Below, one piece after another: positions 12,232 to 24,788 of a DNA stretch of 64,000 nucleotides. Position 1 is the stretch's first letter. Every line of letters starts with the position of its first letter. Source of the DNA: Chrysomallon squamiferum (Eukaryota > Animalia > Mollusca). The stretch lies in NCBI GenBank assembly GCA_012295275.1, contig CM022677.1, positions 5,208,001 through 5,272,000 on the forward strand. The letters run 5' to 3'. A program made the position numbers and the translations under genes. The notes below the pieces were generated by a model. That model did no database searches. It was not told the DNA's origin and saw only the letters and a list, made by a program, of their open reading frames with translations.

Positions 12232-14184
12232 ATGGCAACAGCTGCAAACTCCGATGATAAACTTTCGTGCTGCATTTGTACGGAACTTTTCAAGAAGCCG
12301 CGAATGTTAAACTGTTAAATTCGTTCTGCAGCAAATGCCTGCAGGACTTTATAAGTCACAATTATGACAACAACGACATACAAATAATCTGCCCGTTCTG
12401 CAGGCAGAATGTCCACATCCCAGACACGAAACCAGTGAATACATGGGCAGATCAATTCCCTATAAACCATTCACTACAGGACGCTGCTAATGATCGGCTA
12501 CAATTAAAGTTTTGTGAGTCAGCAGTGTTGTGTTTAGATTCGTTACAATAAAATACTGAAACAAAACTTTTAGTGATTGTTTAACTAAAGATATTTGTGT
12601 TAATCATGACAGTCTAAAGCAATTGAGAACATTTTATTTAATACATTTCTCTACTCAGATTTTTAAAGTGGTTGATAAAATAAATTCTAAAACATCACAT
12701 TGTAGACATATCTTTATTAATAATAAGTAGTCCTAGTTAATTAATTACTTCACTGATTGATTATTTATTTATTTATTTATTTCAGCTCAAAAGGGAGATT
12801 ACATGTCACTTCTGAGTTCTGTTTCTGAAAGTCTCAAAACCTTTAAAGAAATTCTTCAGACAGAGATGGATGATAAGATTGAGCAACTTCGCCAAGCCGT
12901 CGACATCAACATGGTGGACACTACAGAAGAGGTCAGAAGGATTGGTAACACACTAATCACAGATTTTACTGCCGCAGTCCACAAAGAACAAGACAGGCTA
13001 ATAAGAGAAATAGAAAAATCTCAGAACTTTGTAAACTCAGAAATAGAAAAACTGTTTACTGAACATAAATATCTGATTGAAGAAAACAAAAAAAATGATT
13101 ACACTAGGTAAAGATTTGTTGCAACGTGAATCAGAGGCTGAGATAAAAATAAATATTTCAAAATTCACCAAACTTCAAAACCAAACTTCTGAGTTTCTGT
13201 CCAAATCTCTTTGCCAAATAGAAAAAGCAAAGTTTAAAGTAAATCTGATAAAATCTGATAAAAAGGTAGAAATGTCAGTCCACATTGGAGAATTATCTAC
13301 AAATATCCAAAGAGACACAAATATAGACACTCTGAAAAACACAGACACCATTGACTCTGAAACACAACGCACAGACACACGGATAGACAGACATACACAC
13401 TTAAACACACAGACACCATTAACATAAAAACACAAGACGATAAATTGAATCCTTGTCTGTTTTCCCTGCTGATGTCAGGTGCAGACAAAAGTAAAATTGT
13501 TGTTAGTGATTATAACAATGAATGTGTAAAATGTTTTTGTTTAGAAAGAAAATCACTGATAAAAAGATACAACACTTCCTCTAAACCACGCGGTCTTGCT
13601 GAATCACGTGATCAGCGGGGCGATGGTGTTGTTGTTGTTGCTCTGCCACGGGAAAGTAAAATATTGTTTTTATATTTGGAAAACTTCAAACTGATAAAAA
13701 AGGTTAAAACTGTTAAAAAGTATCAGTTTATCGCTGTGTTACCTGGCAACCGTCTCGCGTCACTGGGTACTTTAGTCAGTGCTTGGACATACTGACAGAC
13801 AGTGGTCAGCTCATTCATTCTATCTCAACAGATTTGATCCCCAGACCGTCGTGTCTCACAGTTCACGATCAATGTCTGATTGTTGTGTCAAATCTAAACA
13901 GTTTAGTTTGTGTGACGTCATCGGGTGACGTCAAATGGGAGTCACGTGATTCAGACAAACTGAGAGAGTTGAGAGGTGTTACATGTGACAGGGAGGGAAA
14001 TATTTTTGTTTCTGATTTTGATAGAAATTGTGTTGTTCAGTTGTCACGAGATGGTAACATTACACGTGACATCCTCACACGCCAGGATGGCCTGTCACAA
14101 CCTTTGTCTGTCTGTTGTGATAACAACAAACTCTATGTGAAAGATAACAATGAAATAAAAATATTTACATGGTGTAAACAGTAA
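12232..14184 (+). pseudogene. TRIM-like E3 ubiquitin ligase (RING, coiled coil, NHL/beta-propeller-like), two coding exons (12232-12513, 12786-14184), about four frameshifts
   Basis: MATAANSDDKLSCCICTELFKKPRMLNC/[frameshift]SFCSKCLQ..IICPFCR..FPIN is a C3HC4 RING. Phase-1 intron gtgagt (12514) to ttcag (12785) joins in frame. A helical region follows, then NHL-like IVVSDYNNECVK, KPRGLA, LRGVTCDREGNIFVSDFDRNCVVQLSRDG. Frame breaks near 12317, 13090, 13420 and 13770. AATAAA downstream. Confidence 0.85.
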
Positions 14185-14364
14185 ATTTGAAACTGTCTGC
14201 TAAGTTTCACTTAACTGTTTCTTTCTGATAAATAAACTGAAAATCACTTATTTATTTATTGTAAGGTAATTAATTTAGTTGATTAGTTTATCTTATTTAT
14301 TTTTGTTTTTAAATATATGATTTATTTATTATGAATTACTTTTGAAATTTTCACCCAGTTTTGT

Positions 14365-14413
<49 letters not shown>

Positions 14414-17023
14414 ATTCTATTATTTTATAAAGTACTTTATTTAAAAGAATGTTGTATTTAAAATATATTTGTACATATTCAAGTGTAATCGAACAAAACT
14501 GTAACAAAATATTTATATGATAACAAATAAAATTCTTCTGTCATTATTTCATTTAAATTTTAAAACTATTTTACATTGTTTCTTGATCTCTTGTCAGTAT
14601 AGCTAGCTACCTATATAGACAACTAACTGTATATATGTCTGTGGTATAATATAATTAATGTGTATAATATCAGTGTAGTACAAAGTAGTTCACTGTTGAG
14701 ATTTATTATAAATTTATTATTAACGGCTAATACGGGTTATTGTTTTGGCGATTATTAGCATTCTCAACTATTCTGCTCGAGATATTTTATAAAATTCTGT
14801 CTTAGACATTAAATTAAGTTTAATTTGTTCATTATTATTTAGTTAGTTATTCTTTTAATGCAAACAAATGATTAAACAAACAAAAAGAAAGAAGAAAAAA
14901 GACACTCATGTTAGCGCTCATGTTTCGTCTTTATTTAGTGTGCACGTTCAAGTTAGTTTGAGTAGGGAACAGTTCACAATATTCACGTAGCAGGGGCACA
15001 TGGGCGGAACTTCGATCTGAAGTAATTTTTTTTTATTTATTTATTTTTTGAGTATTATTATTATTGTTGTTGAAGTTGTTTTTGTTGCTGTTATTTTTGG
15101 ATCAGTTTATTTATTTTACAACAATAACAATAATAGCACGAATATGAACATTAACTGTAATAATTTGATCTATATACACAATCACACACATACGACACAG
15201 ATACCCTCATATACATTTATAAACATATGTATATACCCAGATGTACATGACCACTGCATTCCGATTATTCTCATTGTGCAGTCTAAACGTAACAAAACAG
15301 AATATTGATTCCTTATAAATACACATACAAATATATGTTTAGTAACATTTACACACAAATATGTTCGTACACAGATAGAAGCGGGCGTGCGCAAACATAC
15401 GCACACACACACACACACAAATATATATTAAACTACTTAATGTTTGCTTTTCTTCTTCGTCGTATTATTATTATTATTATTAGTAGTAGTAGTAGTATTA
15501 CTACTACTACTACTTCTATTACTACTAAAACGTCGACCTACTACTACTATTATTATTATTACAAATTACATTGTTGATATAGACAGCAATACAGATATCA
15601 CACAGAAAAAACACAAAAACACAAAAAGAAAAAGACAACAGCAATATATTCCTTGATACACAGAGCATACAGAAGAAAACATACAAAATATACACAAAGT
15701 ATACTTATATAGATACAGATATAATCATAGCAATGAACGTATAAATCACACACAATGTTTACTTAAATAGATAACAAATAATATTACACATATTATGGAG
15801 GAAAACATAAAAAACACAACAATGTATACTTATATAGATGCACACAATATATAGATGATAAACGTAACAGAGATAAAACAAGTACGACACAAAATGTATA
15901 TGCCGCACTGCACGCTTTATCTTCTAGCTGACTTTTGATGTTTCATTTAAAGTGTGCCAGCCACAGACCCACAACTTGAGGCTTGTTTGCTTCAGCTTTT
16001 GGTTTCAGTTTTGGTTTGATTGTTATTTGAGTGTTAGCTTGTAATGAAGAACTTTTTCAATCCTCACAGTTTAGTTAACAGTGAGGTAACAAAAATAAAA
16101 ACACAACAAATCTGAAACAAGCTTTGAGATTTTTATATACAGATAACTGCCTGTTCACAGGAAAAAGGTAAGGCTTTCAGTATCACAGCCAATATTCAAG
16201 TGTAAAAAGCAAATACAAGAAATCGTGAAACAAAAATTACAAAAAGAAAAGAAACAGAATTATGCATAATGTTATAGGCTTATAGAAAACACCATATGAA
16301 TTATATTTGACACAAGCAATTATTATTATTATTTATTTTTTTATTTTTTTATTTTTTGTTACATTTATTATAAAAATATGTGACAAATTTCAAAACTGTT
16401 GGTTGTAAATAATAATGAAAATTAAATGAAATTAAGTGAAATGTATATATATATAAATGCAATGCAAAACAATAACTCGAATCGAAGTGAATTCATATGA
16501 AAATGGAGAGAAAAAAGTACATTTTTAATCAATTAAATGCAGTGAAAATACTTTATGAATGAAAATATGGTGAGAAAAAATAGGGGTGGGGAAATCAGGT
16601 TAGGGGGAATAACCTATGATGATGATGTTTATCACATTTGGATATGTAAAGGAAAATAAATTAAAATAATGATAAAATAAATTAAATTAAATATATATAT
16701 ATATATATATATAAAAAAGATGAAAAAATTAAATTCAAAATATTGTGAATCCAGTTTCATTCTATAATATTAACTTCGCTAAAATCAAATTTTAGGCTGG
16801 AGAAAAAAAAAAGAAAACAACAACAAAACCAGAAAGGAAAAGACAATTTAATTTAAAAAAATATTTAATCTATGCAGTCTGCATATAGCATGTGTGTGTG
16901 TGTGTGTGTGTGTGCTTTCTCACAACTCAAAAAGCAGAAACAAATAAAATTAAGTTAGAAAAACCCATATTCCAATGTAATGAAATAAAATGCATAATGA
17001 AAGAAAAAACAACATATGTAGAT

Positions 17024-17073
<50 letters not shown>

Positions 17074-19056
17074 TTATCTCTATATACACCCCATTTTTTT
17101 ATATTAGACTTTTATTTTATTTTTTTCTCTACATTTACCCCAAATTTTTTACTCCTTGACATCATTTCTTACTGATTTAACATGGTTTTGTTTCAATAAA
17201 ATATAAAATTCTAAAATTTGAGTGTAAGTACAAATCTGATTTTCTTTATGTGAGACCTTACCTTCTTTCTGAATAACCAGTAGAGAGAGAGAGAGAGAGA
17301 GTGTGTGTGTGTGCATACCTTACCAAAAAACTAATCTAAATCACGTTAATTAATACAATTATCATTATCATGAATTGTCTGCAGGTTCGTCTCCAGGTTC
17401 AAGTAGAAGTTGTAAACTTTCGTCAGCTTTCACAACCACTCAGGTCCATCAGCAGCCACATTCAGACTGCGAATCAAATCAGTCTGTCATACGTACGTCT
17501 GGGCAGACACATAATCTCATCTCCCTGCAAACAGAAATGGAATGATCCAAATTTATTCAAGTCACATGACAGAATGGACGGATTTGTTTGTTTTTTACTG
17601 ATGAAGATGCTTAAAATCATTTTATATTTATTTCTTTTTTACTTCATGCTTAAAACAAAACCAAAACAAATATTATCATTAAATTAATTACTTATATAAA
17701 TAAATTATTAATAATTATGTAAATAAAAAAAGAGAAATATTAAGGTATAGTGACTGACAGAAAAAAATCCATCATAAAAAAACAACAGAAATAAATAAAT
17801 AAAAAAGTTATATAAAATAACATGGCTGGTGAAAATGTAGAACTATAAATTAAATGTTGTTATTATGTAGTAATGATAAACACTAGACGTTAGTTTTAAA
17901 TAAATATAAGTATGTTTACATATGCACTGGAAATGAATAATCATTTTTACATTGTTAATTTCCCATTGCTTTTTATTCTGCCTCTAAAAAAATGTTCATT
18001 GTCTTACAATGTGAAAGAAAGAAAGAAATTTGAAGAGAGAGAGAGAGAGAGAAAGCTGAGGACAGTGTTCCTGCAACCAACCAGCTGTCAATCACCTTCT
18101 GAAACCAATAATCCATGTGTGATTATCACTGATCCATTTTCTACTAATCAGTATATTCTAACTGTTTATCAGTATGGGCTAACCACTAATCCAGAGACCA
18201 TCTTCCTTGATATTGTCAGTGCTTATTAGAATATCAGTTTTATATTTATATAAATAAACATTTGAACTAGTCAAGTTTTCTGATCACAAACCATAACAAT
18301 GTGTTGTTTATGATGATAATAATAATAATCATAATAATAATAGTAATTAATAAATACTTCAGTCTGATTTTTTATAAGCATCGTGCATACATTCGAATGT
18401 GGAAAATTCCATGCAGTGGGTTCAAAGTCACATGGTTTATTGTGAAGATTAGCAAAGAGCTGTTTAGCACAACATGATAATTTAGTTAAGTTAAAGAGAA
18501 ATAATGGACAGCAATACAAATGTAAGAACTATTACCTGACATATAAACATTATTATTAAACTTTTTTGGTGGTTTGTTGATGTTTTCATAGATTTTTTTA
18601 ATACACTGGATAAAAAAATAAAAAAACCCTGCATAATGCAGTCACCAAAGAAGAGTGTCTGTTTTACAGAGGTTGTACTATAACTTGATTGCTGTAGCAA
18701 ATTTAACTGTGTAGTAAATGATCAAAGTAGTGACTAGATATAAAAAAGTAGTCAATCAATAGAAGCAAATAAGATAAAATTGAAAAACAAGCCAAATATT
18801 TAAAAGTGTAATATTTAAAAATAAAAGAACAATACAGGAAATTATTAAAAAAATAATGATAAGTAAATAAATAAATAAAATAAAATAAAAATATGAAAAG
18901 AAAGAAGAAGAAAAAGGTTATTAAAATAAATAAATTAATTAATAAATGTTTCATCTCCATGACAGCAAGACAATTTGTGTCTATGTTACTCTATCATGCA
19001 GGAAGTTTTATCTAATATTAATTTTAAAATTATTTTTATAATGATGCAGAAAACAC

Positions 19057-19106
<50 letters not shown>

Positions 19107-19452
19107 TTAATGCAACTAAAATTAAGCCTAACAAGACACAAATGTAACAATTTTGACTTTTCTAAACCTTCCTTCAACCTGTTATCAACCTACATCTTAA
19201 TTTCACAGTGATCATTTTCAAACTGTGAGAAGAGATTTTTAAAACAAGAGAACTGTCACTAAATGAGGAGGAAAGGTGGATGTGTTTTAAATAAAACACT
19301 TACAGGAATGACAGGAATCAGCCAGGATCTCGAGACATTTCAGCAAACTCTTCTGCAAGCTCTTTGGAAGATGGACGGCTTTCTGCATCCATCCTGAAAA
19401 TTTGTTTTAATAATTCCAAAATATCCTGATTGATTTCAACCATGTAATACTG

Positions 19453-19680
19453 GACACACACACACACAAACACACTCTCACATACACAAAAACACACACA
19501 CTCTCTCACACATACACAAACACACACACACATTCTCTCAAACACACAAACACACACACACAAATACACACACACTCACACAAATACACACACTCTCACA
19601 GAAATATACAAACTAAACACACACAAATACACAAACACACACTCTCACACAAATACACGCACACTCTCACACAAATACAT
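19453..19680. repeat. Degenerate (CA)n-rich microsatellite in an EGFR-pseudogene intron
   Basis: Direct reading of CA/CT-rich runs. Confidence 0.85.
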
Positions 19681-20732
19681 GATGATGTCTATTACAAGGG
19701 AACTTACACTTGATCATGATGATGTAGACGTAGATGGAGCAGACTGGAGGCTGTGACAGTCACTCTCCGCTCTCCAGGAAATGGAGAACTTCGTGGATGT
19801 TGTCGTGTTGTGTTTGACCAAACATAAACAGTTCACACACAGTAACTCCTGAACAAACACAACAACAAAAAAATTAAAAATTATTTTTAAACATTATTCA
19901 CATCCGTCAGTTTCAAATTTGATTACATTCTGTATTAGTGAAATATTTTTACTATCAGAAAGAAAGGCTAGAAAAATTAAGATTCAGTATATTGTTAATG
20001 AACCTGTAATATTAATTTTCATCCTTTATTATTATTAAAAATTTGTATTAATTAGTTTTAATATTAATTTAAAAATGACTCAAAGTAAGAGAAATGTGTT
20101 TAAACTGTTTGCTCTTCTAAGTACACTTTATTATATATATTTTTCATTTTACAAACAGGGGTGTTAAAATTGACGCATCTTACATGTATATAATATTCAA
20201 ATGTCATTTCTTCATTAAAATTATTAAAAAAGAAAGAGAAAAGATATAAAGATGGTTACAACATAACTCCAGACATCAGTTTTGTGTGTGAATATTCTGT
20301 TATTGTCGTTATTATTATTGTTATTACTACTACTACTATTCTTATTATTTTATTATTATTGCATAAACTTGTTATAAGTACTATTATTTGAAATCTTGAA
20401 AATATATTTACTTATTTATTTATTGTTTTGTAACACAGATTCTAATTAACTTTAAAAGGAAAATAAATATTTTTTTAAATAGATGAAGAAAAAACTCCTT
20501 TCTATTGGATCTACACCAATTAAAAAACAAAACAAAAAATAAACAATGGCAAAGAAATGAAAAAACAAAAACAAAACAAAAACAAACAAGAAAATGTGAA
20601 AACAAAACTTTATTATAATACTTATTGACAAAGAATGCTCACCAAGTAAATTGTTAGCAACTAGATCTCTATGGACATTTCCCCTTTCCTCTAAATAAAT
20701 CATTCCCTGAAAACAACACAGCTTATATATCT

Positions 20733-21060
20733 TGTGTATGTGTGTGATTAAGCATGTGTTTGTATGTCTCTTTGTGTTGTGTTTATATGTGTGTCACATG
20801 TATCTGTGTTGTGTGTACGTCTTGTTTGTTTGTGTGTATATGTGTTGTGTATCTGTGTGTTGTATGTGTGTTGTATGTGTGCATCTGTGTGTAGAGTTTT
20901 TATCTGAGTGTTGTGTATTGTGTTTGTGTGTATTTGTGTGGCTGTGTTGTGTTTGTTGTGTGTGTGTGTCTGTGTGTATGCTGTGTGTGTGCTGTGTGTA
21001 TCTATGTGCAGTGTGTAAGTGTGTCTCTGTGTGTGCTGTGTGTATATATGGGTGTGTATG
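20733..21060. repeat. Degenerate (TG)n-rich microsatellite in an EGFR-pseudogene intron
   Basis: Direct reading; source of the Cys/Val and His/Thr ORFs in the track. Confidence 0.9.
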
Positions 21061-21429
21061 ACAACACTCACGCTGGCTATCTGAGTACATCAGTTGAGGA
21101 GGACTTTAGATCCAAAGTGGTCTTTGTTTTTTCTCACCAGAACACAGCCAAGTGACATCAGCTGAGTGATCAACATCATCTGTGCCGTCATGCACACTGC
21201 GAGGATTCTGACACAACAAGGAGGCTTCACTGACAACATCACCCATGCCTCCTCCAACAGCTCCTTGATCTGGTTAGGAGTCCCATACTGTAACTCTTTA
21301 ATAGCTACTGGAATCTTGACATTTTCTCCTTCTGGTATCCAGTATCCCTGGATAATAGTAACAATAGTAACAACAACAACAACAACAACAATAATATAAC
21401 AGTAATGATAACAATAATAATGACAGTAC

Positions 21430-22260
21430 CTTCACCAGTGTGTCCAGTTCACCACTGATTTAACACTAACAGCAAACACACTGCAGCACTGGTTCAATGG
21501 GAAGTTCTAAATGAGTTGAACTGTGACCACCACACTACACTCACAAATTACTATAACAAGAAAACCTTCTCCAACAACTCAATATTTACACCCAAATGAA
21601 ATTTGACCAAAGCAGACTGGGAAGGATTCTACAAAGCATGGAAACATATTAAAGTAAACAACACTGACACATACTGCACTTCACTTACCAACATGATAGA
21701 CTCAGCTGTCACTGAACACAAACCTAAAACCAAAAACTGCACTAACAAAATACCATTCACTACCAATCAACCACAGACCAGTTACAGTAACATCACACAT
21801 GTAAAACCCTTGACACACTTGTAACACATACATCTGAACAAACACTTAAAAAACAATAATTTAACAAGTAAATAACAAAACAATACAAAAATTTACTAAA
21901 TTCCATTCAGTAAATAAAAAAATAAAGTAATTACAGTGTTCATAGATTTCTGGTGTGCAGGCAGATCTCTAAACATCCAAATACAAACATACCTAAACAA
22001 CTTGAATGACTGTCTTTAAACTGAGAGATAACGATTTCACTTAGACAGCATGCCTCCTCTCTAATAAAGTAAAAGAAAAAAAGAAAGATAGCAAAATAAA
22101 ACTAAAAATAGACAACCATTTAATAACAAACAAAATCATTCAAATTCATACAGAAGATAATCACATCCTGTAAAAACTTTTACCAAACATCACACTGCCT
22201 GACAGTCTCGTGTTAGAACAAAACACTTGAAATACAGACAAAAACCTACAGATAATAAAA
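21430..22260 (+). mobile_element. Highly degraded LINE fragments (end of APE domain and post-RT region; clade not assignable)
   Basis: Reads DLTLTAN..WEVLNELNCDHH..PK*NLTKADWEGFY..SLTNMIDSAVTEHKPK, typical of the end of a LINE endonuclease; weaker RT-thumb-like traces at ~21950-22260. Confidence 0.6.
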
Positions 22261-22324
22261 TACTGTGTTAAAATCGACTCTCAGTAATAAACATCTCATC
22301 AAGGATCTGATCCCTGATCATCCC

Positions 22325-22451
22325 TTTAAAACTCACCTTTCACTACAATCTAGTTTTAAAACTCACCTGTCACTACAATCTAGTTTTAAAACTCACCTTT
22401 CACTACAATCTAGTTTTAAAACTCACCTTTCACTACAATTTAGTTTTAAAA
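22325..22451. repeat. 30-bp tandem repeat (~4 copies)
   Basis: Unit tttaaaactcacctttcactacaatctagt (FKTHLSLQSS period). Confidence 0.9.
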
Positions 22452-23871
22452 CAACAGTCAGCCATATTGAAATGGAGACTGGAGTGGGTGAATGTTGCAA
22501 CCAGCAAATAGTAAAGAAATAAAGTAAACATTAGTTACACCTTTCATCATCAAAACCCAAAATAAATAGACACAAATGTTTGATTAATTAAATTCAAAAA
22601 CATAACATAAAATAACACAATCACATAGGTCTAAAAAAATAAAAAAATAAATAGCATACACAATAACAAACAAATTAAAAAGCAAATACACCAACAAAAA
22701 ATAATTATATAAATTAATTAATTAACAGATTAACTGACTCACCAGCTGATACATTGGCTGACACAGAGTTTCAGAACATATTTTAAAAGTTCCACATTTT
22801 CTTGACACAAGGAAGTAAACTGGTTCAGGCTGGAGTGGGCTGTTTGGAATGTGAACTTTCTGTACTGACAAGTGAAACTGAAGAAGACAGCTTTTTCTTA
22901 AAAATAAAAATGAAAACAAAATTTAAAATAACAAACAAAAACATACTGCAGTATATAATCAATTAATCTAAGAATTAATACAAAAGCCTCAAAATTATAT
23001 TTACTCCTTTAAATATATTTCAGAACAGATTCCAGTAAATATCACTTAATCTGTTAGAAAAATTGCACATTATTCAAATGAATTCTTACCCTGTGCAGTT
23101 TCAGTCCAAAGTGAAGATTTAGTCTTACATGCAGACAGTATTTTCAAATTACTCCCTCTGAATCCTGCAACTGACTCAGACAAAATTAGTCATATTCTTG
23201 AGGAAAAAGCCACAGAAATTGAACTAACCTTTCTCTGTCTTCACATGTAAAAGTGTGTGAATTAATTTTCTTCTGCCAGATTTCTTTTCTCTTTTGGAGT
23301 TCCCATTCAGTCTGCAGTGCTGTGAGTTTGAATGTGGCAAAAAAAGCAATAAAAGATATAAGCAGACACCAGTACCCCCCCCCCACAAACACATTCACAC
23401 ACATCCACATGTCCTCTATACAAATGAAGGAGAAATTACAAATGAACTGCTGCTTAAACAGGAAAAATACTAATGAAAAAACCCACATTCTCTCTGCTTT
23501 GTTCATTGGAGTGCTTTGAAGAACTCCCAGAAATATATCTTTTTCAGCAGCAAAAAAAAAAAAAAAAAAATACTTCTACAGGTAAATTATTTGAAATAAC
23601 TGTCCTAATTCAATTAACAAAAATTTCTTTTTTATAAAAATCATTTTAATGAGTCTTCTTTATCCAGATAAAATATATTACAACTGATCTAACACTTAAA
23701 ATTTTCTTATTTCCATAGTTAATTCTATCACAGTCTCTAACATGAATAAATAATATTATTCTAGAAGAACTTACTTTATTTCTTCTTCTTGTTATGAAGA
23801 TCTATACTGACATTTTCAACTTGAGACAAATGTCATACTACTTTTTGTCTTGCACGTTAAGTCAGTAAGCA

Positions 23872-24788
23872 CAAGGCTCGAAATTTAAAAAAAACACCTA
23901 AAAACATTATGGTTTAGTCGTCTAAAAAGTATTTTTTGGAGCATCTCTTTTTTTCTTTAAGTTATAACACACGAGCCACTATTAATAATTTTGTAGCAAA
24001 TATTTATGTCACATAAAAGGTTTGTTCGTAGTTCGATCATTTGAAAGTATCGGCTTACCTTAATTTGTCAACATCTAAAAAGAAATACGAAAATTCTTTA
24101 TTAATTAAAATAGCCACAAAAATTTAGTCCTAGTTATACAAATCAGCTGGTAAGACATTTTCAAACAAACCTTGACAATACTGGAATTATATAAGAATAA
24201 GAATTTACAGTGTTATACGCTTGGATTTTTCAAAACAAATACAAATTAAATGAAAGCAACGTGAAATGACTGAGTAAAGTTTAGCGTGGGAAAACAAAAA
24301 ACAGTAGCAAATACAAGGTTTTAGAGTTATCTTTCATGATAACTTGTTCCGTTAACCAACCGATAATTATTAACGTAACGCTCTAAAATTTCGCTAAATT
24401 TGTTCGTTGGCTTCACTTTAGCCAATTAAAGTTGTAATTGAAAAGAAAAACAATAGCAAACAATTACTAACAATGTTATCTGCTATGATAACTTGTTCCG
24501 TTAACCAACTGATAATCCTTTAAAGTACTGTTTATAAATAGATGTTAGCAAATTATGTAAGCCGATACGTCCAATTTATGGAACTATGGGTACTTGTTTT
24601 GTGTGAAATAAATATTTCGATAAAATTATTATAAAATTATTATTTTGTGTTATACACTTTTAGAAAAAAACAGATCACCCAAATAATATTTTTTGGGGCG
24701 ACTAACCATAATATTTCTAACATGCCAGTCGCCTAAACCGAATTTTGGTCACATTTGGTGACCTGGCGACTGGACATTTCGAGTCCTG
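23872..24788. mobile_element. Non-autonomous DNA transposon / fold-back element with hAT-like ends and imperfect subterminal inverted repeats of ~170 bp
   Basis: Ends caaggctcgaaat and atttcgagtcctg. ~23905-24080 is inverse to ~24540-24712 (attatggtttagtcg/cgactaaccataat; gtatcggcttac/gtaagccgatac). Internal direct repeat atgataacttgttccgttaaccaac near 24336 and 24485. No clean TSD. Confidence 0.65.

Larger units (their letters stand above)
17370..21347 (-). pseudogene. EGFR: EGFR/ErbB-family tyrosine kinase domain and proximal C-tail, unprocessed truncated pseudogene
   Basis: Exons 21347-21072 (GYWIPEGENVKIPVAIKEL..ELLEEA..LITQLM..GSKVLLN*CTQIAS), 20706-20643 (GMIYLEERGNVHRDLVANNLL), ~20302-20262 (RIFTHKTDVWSY), 19848-19708 (VTVCELFMFG..LESGE*LSQPPVCSIYVYIIMIK), ~19393-19303 (DAESRPSSKELAEEFAEMSRDPG*) and 17524-~17370 (GDEIMCLP..LIRSL..VVKADESLQ). 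In-frame stops present. The symbol denotes family homology, not orthology. Confidence 0.93.

Noticed and set aside
20732-21155. Cys/Val-rich and His/Thr-rich ORFs
   Set aside because: Degenerate TG/CA microsatellite inside an intron.
19708-21347. In-frame TGA codons as possible selenocysteine or readthrough
   Set aside because: They fall at conserved Trp/Arg positions and accompany exon loss; ordinary nonsense mutations are the simpler explanation.
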